Both the position numbers and the translations under genes were made by a program. A DNA stretch of 64,000 nt from a virus (lineage: Duplodnaviria; Heunggongvirae; Uroviricota; Caudoviricetes), in IMG/VR virus record IMGVR_UViG_3300032327_000093, positions 5,215 to 69,214 of that record, one strand, 5' to 3'. The notes under the pieces were generated by a model, which made no database searches, was not told where the DNA came from, and was given only the letters and a program-made list of their open reading frames with translations. Within the stretch, counting starts at the first letter, position 1; every line of letters starts with the position of its first letter. Positions 8,142-18,572 of the stretch are shown one piece after another.

Positions 8142-10843
8142 GTTACGTTGACGCTATTCATAGCAGGGATGAGGATCGTATCTACGTTGTAGAACGAGAC
8201 AAGGATGGCAAACGTCAATACAAAGAATATCCCACAAACTATGTACTCTACTATCCCGATCATAAGGGCAAGTATCGTAGCATATATGGCGACCCCGTAA
8301 ATCGTTTCAGCACACGCAAACGACAAGAGTTTGAAAAAGAACGCAGGATACATTCTGGTAAAAAACTCTTTGAAAGTGATGTGCCAGTGATTTTTCGCTG
8401 CCTTAGTGAAAACTATCTCAAGGCAGATGTTCCTAAACTTCACACATGCTTCTTTGACATTGAGGTAGACTTTGATCCTGAGAAGGGTTTCAGTCCCACT
8501 AGTGATCCATTCAATCCAGTAACTGCTATCTCATTATATCTGGACTGGCAAGATACATTGGTTACACTATGTATTGCTCCCAAACACATGAGTCCAGAGA
8601 CAGCACAGGAAATCTGTAATGAGTTTGAGAACTGTATGTTGTTAACAAATGAAAAGGACATGTTTGATGTTTTCTTTCAACTGATTGAAGATGCTGATGT
8701 GATGACTGGTTGGAACAGTGAAGGATATGATATACCTTATATGGTTAATCGTGTCACAAGAGTAATGAGCAAGGATGATACTCGCAAGTTTTGCTTAATG
8801 GGTCAACTACCTAAAGCAAGAGAATACGAACGTTTTGGTAAAAGTGAAACTACATATGACTTAGTAGGTCGTATTCACATGGACTACTTACAACTCTACA
8901 AGAAGTATAACTATGAATCACGACATTCATATAAGTTAGATGCTATTGGTGAGATGGAAGTAGGCGAGAACAAGACTCAATATGAAGGTACTCTTGACCA
9001 ATTGTATAACAAAGACTTTAAGAAGTTTTTAGAATACAATCGTCAGGATACTATGTTGTTGGTGAAGATTCACAACAAACTCAAATTCTTAGAACTAGCT
9101 AATCAGCTAGCACATGAGAATACAGTATTACTGCCAACAGTAATGGGTTCTGTAGCTATGATTGAAATGGCAATTTTCAATGAAGCGCATGAACGCGGAG
9201 TAGTAGTTCCCGATAAAAAACGAAAGAATGAAAATGCAGAAGAAACAACGCCAGCAGCAGGTGCCTTCGTTGCTACGCCCAAAAAAGGCATGCACGAATA
9301 CGTCGGAGCAGTTGACATTAACTCGCTCTATCCCTCGGTTATTCGTGCCCTCAACATGGCAGGAGAAACAATCATCGGTCAAGTCCGTCAGACATTAACT
9401 GACAAATATATGGACGACAAGGGCAAGCAACTTGCTAGCCTTAAGAAACGATATAAAGAAGGTGACGATGATGTTACTGGTGCTATTCTATGGGAAAACT
9501 TGTTTGGCGTATTAGAATATTGTGCTATTATGAATCAAGACCGTGGCACAATGCTTACACTAGATTATGAAGATGGTCGTAGTGAAGAATATAGTGCGGC
9601 TGAAATATGGAAGATGATTTTTGATAGCAATAGACCTTGGATGCTAAGTGCAAATGGTACAATCTTTACATATGAGAAAGAAGGTATTGTCCCTGGATTA
9701 CTATCACGCTGGTATAGTGATCGTAAGGTCATGCAAAAGAAACTTAAAGAATCTACTACTAACGAAGATAGAGAATACTGGGACAAGCGTCAACTTGTTC
9801 GCAAGATTTTGTTGAATAGTGCATATGGTGCACTACTAAATGAACATTGTAGATTCTATGATAAGCGTATTGGTCAGAGTGTTACATTAAGTGGTCGTCA
9901 GATTGTCAAACACATGATGAGTACTATTAATGAAACAATCGCAGGTACATATGCACACGATGGCGATGCTATTGTATATGGTGATACTGACAGTTGTTAC
10001 TTTACTGCATACCCTATTCTGAATACGCAAATACAGAATGGTGAACTAGAGTGGAACAAAGAAACTTGCATCGGGTTGTATGATAGTATTGCTGACCAAG
10101 CTAACGAAAGTTTCCCCGCATTCATGGAACGTGCATTTCATGCACCACGCAAGAATGGTGAAATCATCAAAGCTGGTCGTGAATTGATTGGCGATCGTGC
10201 TATCTTTATCACAAAGAAACGCTATGCTATCAATATCTTTGATAAAGAGGGCAAGCGCAAAGATACAAACGGTAAGAACGGTGATATCAAGGCAATGGGT
10301 CTTGACTTGAAACGTGCTGATACTCCTAAGTACATACAAGAATTCTTAATGGATGTGCTTACTAAGGTCCTTGCTGGTGCTCAACGTGATGTTGTTATTG
10401 AAATGGTTAAAGAATTCAAAAACAAACTATCAGAACAAGATAGTTGGACAAAGGGTTCACCTAAATCAGTTAACAACTTGACTAAGCATACAATTGAGTT
10501 TGAAAAGACTGGTAAGTGTGGTGTTGGTCATGCCCGTGCAGCAATTAACTGGAACTATCTACGCAGAGTATATGGTGACAACTACAGTCAAAAGATTGTA
10601 GATGGTATGAAGATTGTTGTATGTAAACTCAAAGACAATGCATTGGGCTTCACTAGTATCGCATATCCAGTTGATGAACTACGACTACCTACATGGTTCA
10701 AGGAATTGCCTTTCGATGATTTACTAATGGAAAAGACATTGGTAGATGAAAAGATTGATAACTTGATTGGCGTATTAGATTGGGATATCAGAAGCAATAC
10801 TGATGTTAACTCAACATTTGATGACTTATTCACATTTGGTTAA
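8138..10843 (+). CDS. family-B DNA polymerase with 3'-5' exonuclease domain
   Basis: Exo I FFDIEVD; pol motifs KILLNSAYGAL (motif A region) and YGDTDSCYF (motif C); 901 aa. Confidence 0.95.
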   Translation: MSYVDAIHSRDEDRIYVVERDKDGKRQYKEYPTNYVLYYPDHKGKYRSIYGDPVNRFSTRKRQEFEKERRIHSGKKLFESDVPVIFRCLSENYLKADVPKLHTCFFDIEVDFDPEKGFSPTSDPFNPVTAISLYLDWQDTLVTLCIAPKHMSPETAQEICNEFENCMLLTNEKDMFDVFFQLIEDADVMTGWNSEGYDIPYMVNRVTRVMSKDDTRKFCLMGQLPKAREYERFGKSETTYDLVGRIHMDYLQLYKKYNYESRHSYKLDAIGEMEVGENKTQYEGTLDQLYNKDFKKFLEYNRQDTMLLVKIHNKLKFLELANQLAHENTVLLPTVMGSVAMIEMAIFNEAHERGVVVPDKKRKNENAEETTPAAGAFVATPKKGMHEYVGAVDINSLYPSVIRALNMAGETIIGQVRQTLTDKYMDDKGKQLASLKKRYKEGDDDVTGAILWENLFGVLEYCAIMNQDRGTMLTLDYEDGRSEEYSAAEIWKMIFDSNRPWMLSANGTIFTYEKEGIVPGLLSRWYSDRKVMQKKLKESTTNEDREYWDKRQLVRKILLNSAYGALLNEHCRFYDKRIGQSVTLSGRQIVKHMMSTINETIAGTYAHDGDAIVYGDTDSCYFTAYPILNTQIQNGELEWNKETCIGLYDSIADQANESFPAFMERAFHAPRKNGEIIKAGRELIGDRAIFITKKRYAINIFDKEGKRKDTNGKNGDIKAMGLDLKRADTPKYIQEFLMDVLTKVLAGAQRDVVIEMVKEFKNKLSEQDSWTKGSPKSVNNLTKHTIEFEKTGKCGVGHARAAINWNYLRRVYGDNYSQKIVDGMKIVVCKLKDNALGFTSIAYPVDELRLPTWFKELPFDDLLMEKTLVDEKIDNLIGVLDWDIRSNTDVNSTFDDLFTFG

Positions 10844-10850
10844 ACTGGTG

Positions 10851-10879
10851 TTGACTATCGTAATATATTCCACTATAAT
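10851..10879 (+). promoter_or_regulatory. sigma70-type promoter TTGACT-17 nt-TATAAT upstream of gene 10922
   Basis: ttgactatcgtaatatattccactataat; RBS aaaggaaacaaaATG follows. Confidence 0.5.
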
Positions 10880-10921
10880 ACGTGATAGGAACTCCTAAAT
10901 ATTTCAAACAAAGGAAACAAA

Positions 10922-11653
10922 ATGAAAGATTACTTAAAAGACTTAATTGACCATACACATGGTCTTGGTACTATCGAACTAGTTAAAGTTACTGGTACCG
11001 ACACAGAGACTACTATCAATGCAGTAGCTGAAAACAAGAATGTTATCGTAAGTGGTACATTCAAAGACCCACTCGCTGACTTCATTGGTGTGTTCGGTAT
11101 GCCTAACTTGAGCAAACTTAAGACAATCATCGGGTTCGATGAATATGACAAGGATGCTAAAATCAATGTTGTTCGTACTCAGCGTGATGGTATAGATGTT
11201 CCATCTACTATTCACTTTGAGACTAAGAGTGGTGACTTTGTTAATGACTATCGTCTTATGCTTAAAAGCGTAGTTGATGAAAAGGTCAAGACTGTATCAT
11301 TCAAAGGTGCTAAGTGGAATGTTGAATTTGAGCCTACAGTAGCAGGTATTCAACGTCTTAAGAAGCAGGCAAACGCTAATAGCGAAGAAGAACATTTCGT
11401 ATTCAAAACTGATGGCAGTGATTTGAAGATTTACTTTGGTGACGCATCGACACACAGTGGTAACTTTGTATTCAACACTCCAGTATCTGGAACATTAGCT
11501 GGCACACACAAGTGGCCCGTCAAAGAATTCTTGAGTATCATGGATCAAGTCGGTGACAAGAAAGTCAAGATTAGCGAACAAGGTGCGACTGAGATCACAG
11601 TTGACAGTGGTATCGCAACATATGTTTACTTACTTCCAGCGAATAAGAAATGA
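10922..11653 (+). CDS. hypothetical protein (position after the polymerase suggests a replication accessory protein, e.g. clamp-like; unproven)
   Basis: 243-aa ORF with a good RBS; no recognisable motif. Confidence 0.4.
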   Translation: MKDYLKDLIDHTHGLGTIELVKVTGTDTETTINAVAENKNVIVSGTFKDPLADFIGVFGMPNLSKLKTIIGFDEYDKDAKINVVRTQRDGIDVPSTIHFETKSGDFVNDYRLMLKSVVDEKVKTVSFKGAKWNVEFEPTVAGIQRLKKQANANSEEEHFVFKTDGSDLKIYFGDASTHSGNFVFNTPVSGTLAGTHKWPVKEFLSIMDQVGDKKVKISEQGATEITVDSGIATYVYLLPANKK

Positions 11654-12045
11654 TCAAGGGTATAGCTCCAATGGGTAAGTACACAGTTGTTTCTGCGGGG
11701 AATACTAGTGTTCCCTATGTCAATCCAAATATCAACAATCCTATACAAGGAATGATACGTATCAGTGGTACTGATATGCAAGTGTATGACGGAACTACTT
11801 GGATGACGATGAATACTAGCTATGCAAGTGTTGGATTGTCATCTGATGCAGAAGCATTGCTTGACTGGGCTAGAAAAAAACGTAATGAAGAATTTGAATT
11901 AGAAGCATTAGCACAAACTAATCCTACTATCAGAGATTTATTAGACACTATCAAGCAAAAAGAAGAACAAATAACTATTGTCAGGACTTTAATTAAACAA
12001 GAAGTCGGTGAATCAGGTGTATCAATTCCATATGGCCCAGCATAA
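11650..12045 (+). CDS. hypothetical protein
   Basis: ORF, translationally coupled (ATGA overlap). Confidence 0.35.
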   Translation: MIKGIAPMGKYTVVSAGNTSVPYVNPNINNPIQGMIRISGTDMQVYDGTTWMTMNTSYASVGLSSDAEALLDWARKKRNEEFELEALAQTNPTIRDLLDTIKQKEEQITIVRTLIKQEVGESGVSIPYGPA

Positions 12046-13615
12046 TCTAACATCAACACATAACCCAGAGTGGGCATTGTTCTTACCCGCAGTCAGCAGT
12101 TTCTATATTGCTGGCTTAGGTAAGCAACGCAAGGGTGAGCCATACTTTGATCAGACTCGCATTCCGGCAGGATTCAAAGGTGATGTTGAGAAACTAAATT
12201 TTCTTAACAGCAAAGAAGGTCTTTACTATTACAAGTGGGGACTGTATAGTGCTGGTCATGCTAACTTAGATACTACAGACGATGATGCAAGCGAATCAAT
12301 CATACGTGAACGTGAAGCTGGCACATTCATGTTAGGTGATAGCGGCGGCTTTCAGATTCTTAAAGGTCAATGGCCCGCAGACTGGAAGGATCCTAACTGT
12401 CCTCGTGCTATGAAGAAACGTAAAGCAGTATTGAATTGGATGGATACATACATGGATTACGGTATGTGTTTAGATATCCCAAGTCAATCATTGACCACTT
12501 ATCACATCAAAGATCCTAAGACAGTGGAAAAAGATAGTGATGGTAATATTATTCCAGGCACTGGAAAAAGTGTGCATGGTATTAAATTGATTGCAGATGC
12601 AGTAAAAGCTACACATATTAATAACGAATACTTTATAAATAACCGCTCAGGGAAATGTAAGTTTTTGAATGTATTGCAAGGTCGCAATCATGACCAGTCG
12701 GATGATTGGTATAACGAAATGAAAAGATATTGTGACCCAAATATTTATCCAGACAATCATTTTAATGGTTGGGCATTCGGTGGACAAAACAAGATTGATA
12801 TTCATCTAACATTGCGTAGAATGACTGAAATTATCCATGATGGATTGTTATGTGAAGGTAAGCATGATTTGATTCACTGTTTAGGTACAAGTATCTTAGA
12901 ATATGCTGTATTGTTCACTGATATGCAGAAAGCTATTCGCAAGTATCACAATCCAAAACTACAGATTACTTTTGATTGTGCTAGTCCTTTCTTTAGTGCT
13001 GCTAAAGGTCTTGCTTATTTCAATACAACTATTGAGCATAATAAGAAATGGTCTTATCAAATGGAAAAGACTGCTGAAAAGAAAAGTTATGCAAGTGATA
13101 CACGCAAGTTCCGTGATGCTGTATTAGCTGATAAAATTCATAAATCATTTACAGACAGTCCTGTGACTGATGCATTGGTTATGAAAGACTTGTGTTATCG
13201 TGGTGTAGGATTCTTAGGACAACACGGTAAAGAAACTAAAACAAGCTGGGACACATTAAGCTATACACTACTACAAAGTCATAATGTTTGGATGCACATG
13301 AATGCGGTTCAAGAGGCTAATCGTCAATATGAACAAGGCGTCATCCCCAAAATGATTGTGCATAAACTTGAAGGTGATAGATTCTTTACTCAATTGGTTG
13401 ATGAAATATTTAGTAAGAAAACTAAACAGGAAGCATGGGAATTGATTGACCAACATAGTAGTTATTGGAAACAATTTCAATCTGGTAGCCAAGGTATCAG
13501 TGGTAAGAAAACTGAAAATGCCATGAGTTTTTTTGATAAATTGTTTACTGTAGAAGAAGAAACAATTGAAGAAATAGAAGATAGTGATGAAGCTATTGCA
13601 TTAGTTTTGGAGTAA
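12008..13615 (+). CDS. dpdA: tRNA-guanine-transglycosylase-like DNA transglycosylase (DpdA-like) for 7-deazaguanine insertion into DNA
   Basis: MLGDSGGFQILKG matches the TGT catalytic-Asp motif (DSGGFQ); 535 aa; sits next to folE/queD/queE. Confidence 0.6.
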   Translation: MNQVYQFHMAQHNLTSTHNPEWALFLPAVSSFYIAGLGKQRKGEPYFDQTRIPAGFKGDVEKLNFLNSKEGLYYYKWGLYSAGHANLDTTDDDASESIIREREAGTFMLGDSGGFQILKGQWPADWKDPNCPRAMKKRKAVLNWMDTYMDYGMCLDIPSQSLTTYHIKDPKTVEKDSDGNIIPGTGKSVHGIKLIADAVKATHINNEYFINNRSGKCKFLNVLQGRNHDQSDDWYNEMKRYCDPNIYPDNHFNGWAFGGQNKIDIHLTLRRMTEIIHDGLLCEGKHDLIHCLGTSILEYAVLFTDMQKAIRKYHNPKLQITFDCASPFFSAAKGLAYFNTTIEHNKKWSYQMEKTAEKKSYASDTRKFRDAVLADKIHKSFTDSPVTDALVMKDLCYRGVGFLGQHGKETKTSWDTLSYTLLQSHNVWMHMNAVQEANRQYEQGVIPKMIVHKLEGDRFFTQLVDEIFSKKTKQEAWELIDQHSSYWKQFQSGSQGISGKKTENAMSFFDKLFTVEEETIEEIEDSDEAIALVLE

Positions 13616-13619
13616 TAAT

Positions 13620-13829
13620 ATGTATAGACAACGAATTGCAAGATTAGAACAACAAATCAAGGACCTTGATGCTAAAATACTAACAGCAGAACAGGACAAA
13701 GACTTTGATGTAGATACCCTTAAAGATATGAAAATAGATAGAAATGATGTATACTTTGAGTTAAGGAAGTATACAAAACTTCAATGGGAAGAAGATCACG
13801 AACGTGTTCGTTTTGAGGATGATAGATGA
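13620..13829 (+). CDS. hypothetical small coiled-coil protein
   Basis: ORF (69 aa). Confidence 0.3.
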   Translation: MYRQRIARLEQQIKDLDAKILTAEQDKDFDVDTLKDMKIDRNDVYFELRKYTKLQWEEDHERVRFEDDR

Positions 13830-14281
13830 TTGAACAAAGAATTATGGCATTGGCAGAAAAGCGTCAACGCATCAAAGATAAAGCAATGCGTACAATTTTT
13901 GTGCGCTTTCAAAAAGAAGGTATTCATAAGTACCCGGCAGCAGCAACAGACCCTAACTTGGCAACAGGTGATGAGTATGATGTTAGCTTTCTAGCAACTC
14001 CACATCGTCACATCTTTCACTTTGAAGTGACGATTGAAGTGTTTCACAACGATAGGGATATTGAGTTTATTCAATTCAAAAGATGGCTAGAGAATCAATA
14101 TTCTCAAAACATTCTTGCATTGGATTACAAAAGTTGTGAAATGATTAGTGATGACCTTTATGAGGTTATCGCAACTCGGTATCCAGATCGTAATATCAAA
14201 ATCACAGTCTCTGAGGACAATGAGAATGGTGCTACGATTCATTATAATATAACTAAACCTTTAACTAACCTCGCTATCTAA
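13826..14281 (+). CDS. hypothetical protein inside the deazaguanine cluster (possible divergent T-fold protein; PHRHIFHFEV)
   Basis: 151-aa ORF, coupled to neighbours. Confidence 0.35.
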   Translation: MIEQRIMALAEKRQRIKDKAMRTIFVRFQKEGIHKYPAAATDPNLATGDEYDVSFLATPHRHIFHFEVTIEVFHNDRDIEFIQFKRWLENQYSQNILALDYKSCEMISDDLYEVIATRYPDRNIKITVSEDNENGATIHYNITKPLTNLAI

Positions 14282-14290
14282 GGAAACAAA

Positions 14291-14497
14291 ATGGCAAAAC
14301 AAACTTTTCAATCTAACCCACGTGTTCAACAAATCTTTGAGGACCTAGAGAAATATCTAGACTTCTGTGTGGGTTACGGTTATAAGTACAACGAAGCAGA
14401 ACTGTATGACCAACGCAGTTATGTATACCGTCAGTATACAAAATTCGCAACTGGTAAAGTTGCTCGTGATCAATGGCAGGAAAACGCTCGTCCATAA
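14291..14497 (+). CDS. hypothetical small protein
   Basis: ORF with RBS aaggaaacaaaATG. Confidence 0.35.
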   Translation: MAKQTFQSNPRVQQIFEDLEKYLDFCVGYGYKYNEAELYDQRSYVYRQYTKFATGKVARDQWQENARP

Positions 14498-14585
14498 TGC
14501 GTAAACACAGTAAGATGAACCAAGCAAAAAGCATGAACAGCGACTTTACTAAGGAAGAATTAATGAAACTCTATGAGGATAGACA

Positions 14586-15758
14586 ATGAGAAAATTATGG
14601 TATTGTGGATTGGAGCCTTATAAAGCCCGATACACCTTGCAATTACAAGAGTGGAATACTACTGTGTTTGAACGTAGAGGCATCAACTATGTTGTAGTGC
14701 CTGGTGAAACACTTAGCAATGACCAAGCGATTGTTACAGGTCAAGTATTAGATGCACATGGTCGCACATACTACGGTATGAGTCAACTTATGAATCTAAT
14801 TCGTATGATGAAACAAGGAGAACTAAACAATGAAGATGTTATCTACTTTGAGGACATGTTTCAACCCGGTATCGAGAGCCTGCCTTATATTATGGATCAA
14901 ATTGATCCTACTCATCGTCCCCGTATTTTTGTGCGGTGTCTTGCTCAGTCCATTGATCCTGATGATTTCGTTCATGTGTGGGGAATGGCAAAGTGGATGG
15001 CGCAATATGAAAAACTCGTGGACTCATTTGTTAGCGGTGTTTTGGCCACGAATGAGGAAATGGTAGCACACATGAAGATTGCAGGGTGGACTGCTCCAAT
15101 CTATAATATCAGTGGGTTAGCATTTGGCAAATCAGAAGTGCAGAGCCGTGTAGCAAGTATCAAGCCATTCAATGAACGCAAAATGCGTGTAGTGTTTTCT
15201 GCACGATGGGATCAGGAGAAACAACCTGACTTCTACATGGACCTAATTGAGGCATGGCATAAGCAAAATGGACCAGAACTTGAGTTCTGTGTATGTAGTG
15301 GTGGCAAACTAAAATCAAATAGTGATAGCTATATGCAACGCACTTATAATTTGGTTGATAGAGGACTACTAACAATCTATGAGGATTTAGAAAAGAATGA
15401 ATACTATGACATTGTTAATGATAGTCGGGTTGTATTTAACTGTGCGCTACAAGATTGGGTTTCAAACACAGTCAGTGAGGCTGATGCTCTCGGATGCAAT
15501 GTGCTATACCCTGCTTATCGTAGCTTCCCTGAAACTTTTGCCAACGACCATACTCGTCTTTATGTACCTTGGTCTATTGATGATGCTATGGACAAACTGG
15601 AAGCGTTATTGGACACACCACATCCAGCCATGGGCGCAATCAGCGACTACAACAACGGAACAATCGACCGAATCATCGACATCTTAGAAGGTGGTGGAAA
15701 AGATATGCTACGAATGAATGTAGACTATCGTAAACACACTAGAGAAAGTAAATATTAA
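14586..15758 (+). CDS. glycosyltransferase-like protein (paralogous to 18986-20356; possibly a T4 alpha-glucosyltransferase-like GT-B DNA glycosyltransferase)
   Basis: VFSARWDQEKQP here and FIGRWEERKNP in ORF 18986 share an RW(D/E)(Q/E)(E/R)K motif; N-terminus MRKLWYCGLEPY...LQLQEW recalls the T4 AGT N-terminus from memory; 390 aa. Confidence 0.4.
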   Translation: MRKLWYCGLEPYKARYTLQLQEWNTTVFERRGINYVVVPGETLSNDQAIVTGQVLDAHGRTYYGMSQLMNLIRMMKQGELNNEDVIYFEDMFQPGIESLPYIMDQIDPTHRPRIFVRCLAQSIDPDDFVHVWGMAKWMAQYEKLVDSFVSGVLATNEEMVAHMKIAGWTAPIYNISGLAFGKSEVQSRVASIKPFNERKMRVVFSARWDQEKQPDFYMDLIEAWHKQNGPELEFCVCSGGKLKSNSDSYMQRTYNLVDRGLLTIYEDLEKNEYYDIVNDSRVVFNCALQDWVSNTVSEADALGCNVLYPAYRSFPETFANDHTRLYVPWSIDDAMDKLEALLDTPHPAMGAISDYNNGTIDRIIDILEGGGKDMLRMNVDYRKHTRESKY

Positions 15759-15770
15759 AAAGGAAACAAA

Positions 15771-15959
15771 ATGAACGCACATAATGATATTAAAACACAA
15801 TTGGCAGCATATGAAGCCGAACATGAAAAGTTTGAAAAAGGTAATGCAGCCGCTGGAACACGTGCCCGTAAAGCATTGGGCGAACTAGCTAAAGCAGTTA
15901 AGGCACGCCGTAATGAAATCACCGCTGAAAAAGCAGCAAGAAAAGAAGCTAAGGCTTAA
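15771..15959 (+). CDS. small Ala/Lys-rich basic protein (histone-H1-like / nucleoid-associated-like)
   Basis: AAGTRARKALGELAKAVKARRNEITAEKAARKEAKA; RBS aaaggaaacaaaATG. Confidence 0.35.
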   Translation: MNAHNDIKTQLAAYEAEHEKFEKGNAAAGTRARKALGELAKAVKARRNEITAEKAARKEAKA

Positions 15960-15977
15960 TCTGTGATAAATAAATAT

Positions 15978-16001
15978 GTAAGCTACACAACGGTAGCTTA
16001 C
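15978..16001 (+). terminator. stem-loop (gtaagctac-acaacg-gtagcttac), terminator-like
   Basis: 9-bp perfect stem followed by an A/T-rich tract; between the 15771 gene and folE. Confidence 0.4.
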
Positions 16002-16038
16002 ATTTCAAAACAAAAACCATCACAAAGGAAGGTTATCT

Positions 16039-16716
16039 ATGAGTTATAATAAAACAAAAACAGATCCAGAACTGGGTCAAAAAGTACACGAACATTTGGT
16101 TAAGATGGGAGTTGAGACTCCTACAAAGCCAACTATCTTTGATCGTAAAGATAAAATTGAAGTCATTGAAGCGCATTTTTCACAAATCATGCGTACTCTT
16201 GGGCTTGATTTAGAAGATGATAGTTTGTGTGATACGCCAAAGCGTGTAGCAAAGATGTATGTCAACGAAATCTTTTGGGGTCTTGATTATGAGGCATTCC
16301 CTAAATGTACAGCAGTCGATAACAAGATGAAGTACAATGAAATGGTGTGCGAACGCAATATCAATGTACAAAGCAATTGCGAACATCACTTTGTAGTCAT
16401 CGATGGTCTCGCTACTGTCGCATATGTTCCCAATCAAAAGGTTCTAGGATTGAGTAAAATCAATCGTATCGTAGAATACTTTAGCAAGCGTCCACAGATA
16501 CAAGAACGATTGACTGAACAAATCTTTCACACACTACAGTATATTCTAGACACCGAAGATGTAGCGGTCATGATTGACGCACAACATTATTGTGTCAAGA
16601 GTCGTGGGGTAGAAGATACTGGCAGTAGTACTGTCACAAGCAAGCTAGGCGGTGGCTTCAAAAGTGACCCAGCAGCAAGAGCAGAATTCTATCAATTGGC
16701 TCGGGGCGGGAAATGA
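16039..16716 (+). CDS. folE: GTP cyclohydrolase I
   Basis: CEHHFVVIDG active-site signature; 225 aa. Confidence 0.85.
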   Translation: MSYNKTKTDPELGQKVHEHLVKMGVETPTKPTIFDRKDKIEVIEAHFSQIMRTLGLDLEDDSLCDTPKRVAKMYVNEIFWGLDYEAFPKCTAVDNKMKYNEMVCERNINVQSNCEHHFVVIDGLATVAYVPNQKVLGLSKINRIVEYFSKRPQIQERLTEQIFHTLQYILDTEDVAVMIDAQHYCVKSRGVEDTGSSTVTSKLGGGFKSDPAARAEFYQLARGGK

Positions 16717-17174
16717 TATTTAATAGAATCAAAGAACTAAAACAACAAGGCCTAAAGATAGGTATCGTATTCTCGCAATTTGATATATTACATGCAGGAC
16801 ATATCGCAATGCTTAGTGAAGCTAAGAATCATTGCGATTACCTAATTGCTGGATTACAAAACAATGCACAATGGGACAGACCCGAAAAGAATTCACCCAT
16901 TCAAAGTATCGTTGAACGCCAGATAAGTTTAAGTGCTGTACGTTTCGTAGACGAAATCGTAGTATATAACACAGAAAAAGATTTGGAAGACATACTGTTG
17001 ACATTGCCAGTAGATGTGCGTATACTAGGGGTTGAGTACATGGAGAAAGACTTTACTGGTCGTGCAATCTGTGAGAAGCGTAGGATTGAATTGGTATTCA
17101 ATAGTCGTGACCATAGTTTTAGTAGTAGTAGTTTGCGTAAACGTGTAGTACAAGCTGAATCAAAGGATAAATAG
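16713..17174 (+). CDS. sugar-phosphate nucleotidyltransferase, HldE domain II / cytidylyltransferase-like (HxGH)
   Basis: GIVFSQFDILHAGHIAMLSEAKNHCDYLIAGL matches the FDILHAGH...GD.LIV pattern of ADP-heptose synthase (HldE C-domain) and TagD-type cytidylyltransferases. Confidence 0.6.
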   Translation: MIFNRIKELKQQGLKIGIVFSQFDILHAGHIAMLSEAKNHCDYLIAGLQNNAQWDRPEKNSPIQSIVERQISLSAVRFVDEIVVYNTEKDLEDILLTLPVDVRILGVEYMEKDFTGRAICEKRRIELVFNSRDHSFSSSSLRKRVVQAESKDK

Positions 17175-17200
17175 AGATAGCGGTCTCGGCGTCATCCCGC

Positions 17201-17229
17201 TTTACAAATTCTGCTGCCTATGCTATAAT
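17201..17229 (+). promoter_or_regulatory. promoter TTTACA-17 nt-tgcTATAAT (extended -10) with inverted repeat CCTATG...CATAGG around the -10
   Basis: tttacaaattctgctgcctatgctataat, followed by aggagaaaatcATG (queD). Confidence 0.45.
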
Positions 17230-17245
17230 AACATAGGAGAAAATC

Positions 17246-17728
17246 ATGGCAAAGAAATATTTCAGTACAAAAACGTACAAACAGATAGGTCCAGTAGCTT
17301 ATCGTCAATGGCGTGCAGATAGTCATTGTAATCTAATTCACGGTTACGCAATGTCGTTTCATTTTGAATTTGAAGCAGATACATTGGATGCACGTAATTG
17401 GGTTACAGACTTTGGTGGATTAAAACCACTCAAAGGCTTACTAGAAGATTGGTTCGATCATACATTACTAGTCGCACAAGATGACCCAATGCGTGAACAT
17501 TTACTTGAATTGGGTAGATTGAAACTAGCTAAGATTACAGAAGTAGAAAAGACAGGATGCGAAGGTATTGCTGACTTTTTATATGAATATGTGAACACTA
17601 TCTTTCTGCCAAACTGTGGTAGCGAAGAAGCTAAACGTGTCTGGTGCTGTAAAGTAGAGGTTAGAGAGACAGATAGTAACATGGCAGGTCGTCAAGGTCA
17701 TAGAGAAGATAACGAATTTCAGGATTAA
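17246..17728 (+). CDS. queD: 6-carboxy-5,6,7,8-tetrahydropterin synthase (QueD/PTPS family)
   Basis: CNLIHGY...DFGGLK aligns with the QueD C..LHGH...DF.ELK pattern. Confidence 0.7.
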   Translation: MAKKYFSTKTYKQIGPVAYRQWRADSHCNLIHGYAMSFHFEFEADTLDARNWVTDFGGLKPLKGLLEDWFDHTLLVAQDDPMREHLLELGRLKLAKITEVEKTGCEGIADFLYEYVNTIFLPNCGSEEAKRVWCCKVEVRETDSNMAGRQGHREDNEFQD

Positions 17729-17729
17729 C

Positions 17730-18572
17730 ATGGCAAAATTAAAAATAGCAGAACTATTTTACAGCATTCAAGGTGAGGGTAGATACACGGGTGTCCCTTC
17801 CGTGTTCCTAAGAACATTCGGCTGCAACTTCAAATGTGCAGGATTTGGTATGCCTAAGGGTGAATTAAGTCAAGAAGCAAATAATATTGATGCGACAAAG
17901 TATACTGATTACAAGATGTTACCTCTTGTGTCTACTGGATGTGATAGTTATGCAAGCTGGGATCCAAGATTCAAAGACTTGAGTCCAATGCTTGAGACTG
18001 ATACTATCGTTGATAGCATCATGGATATGTTACCACATAAGCGTTGGTTAGATGAACATCTTGTTATCACAGGAGGTGAACCACTACTAGGCTGGCAGCG
18101 TAGTTATGTTGATTTACTTTCACATGATAACATGAAAGGCTTACAAGAATTGACTTTTGAGACTAATGGCACACAGGCATTACATCAGGATCTAAGATTC
18201 TTTTTGAATAAATGGTGTGTCAGTCGCAGTATGGGTTCTATCACATTCAGCGTCAGTCCTAAACTCAGCATCAGTGGTGAGAAGTGGGATGATGCAATCT
18301 GTCCAGACATAATCTATGAGTACAGCCAAGTTGGGCATACATATCTAAAATTTGTAGTAGCTACTAACGAGGATATGGAAGAAGCTGAGGAGGCAGTAAA
18401 TGCGTATCGTAAGAGGGGTTTTCGTGGTCATGTTTATCTCATGCCTTGTGGTGGCGTTGAGCGGGTGTACAATCTTAATAATAGGGCAGTGGCAGAAATG
18501 GCAATGCGAAAAGGATGGCGGTATAGTGATAGACTACAAGTGCCGTTATTCAAAAACGAGTGGGGCACTTGA
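17730..18572 (+). CDS. queE: 7-carboxy-7-deazaguanine synthase (radical SAM)
   Basis: ELFYSIQGEGRYTGVPSVFLRTFGCNFKC is a strong QueE N-terminal signature. Confidence 0.8.
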   Translation: MAKLKIAELFYSIQGEGRYTGVPSVFLRTFGCNFKCAGFGMPKGELSQEANNIDATKYTDYKMLPLVSTGCDSYASWDPRFKDLSPMLETDTIVDSIMDMLPHKRWLDEHLVITGGEPLLGWQRSYVDLLSHDNMKGLQELTFETNGTQALHQDLRFFLNKWCVSRSMGSITFSVSPKLSISGEKWDDAICPDIIYEYSQVGHTYLKFVVATNEDMEEAEEAVNAYRKRGFRGHVYLMPCGGVERVYNLNNRAVAEMAMRKGWRYSDRLQVPLFKNEWGT

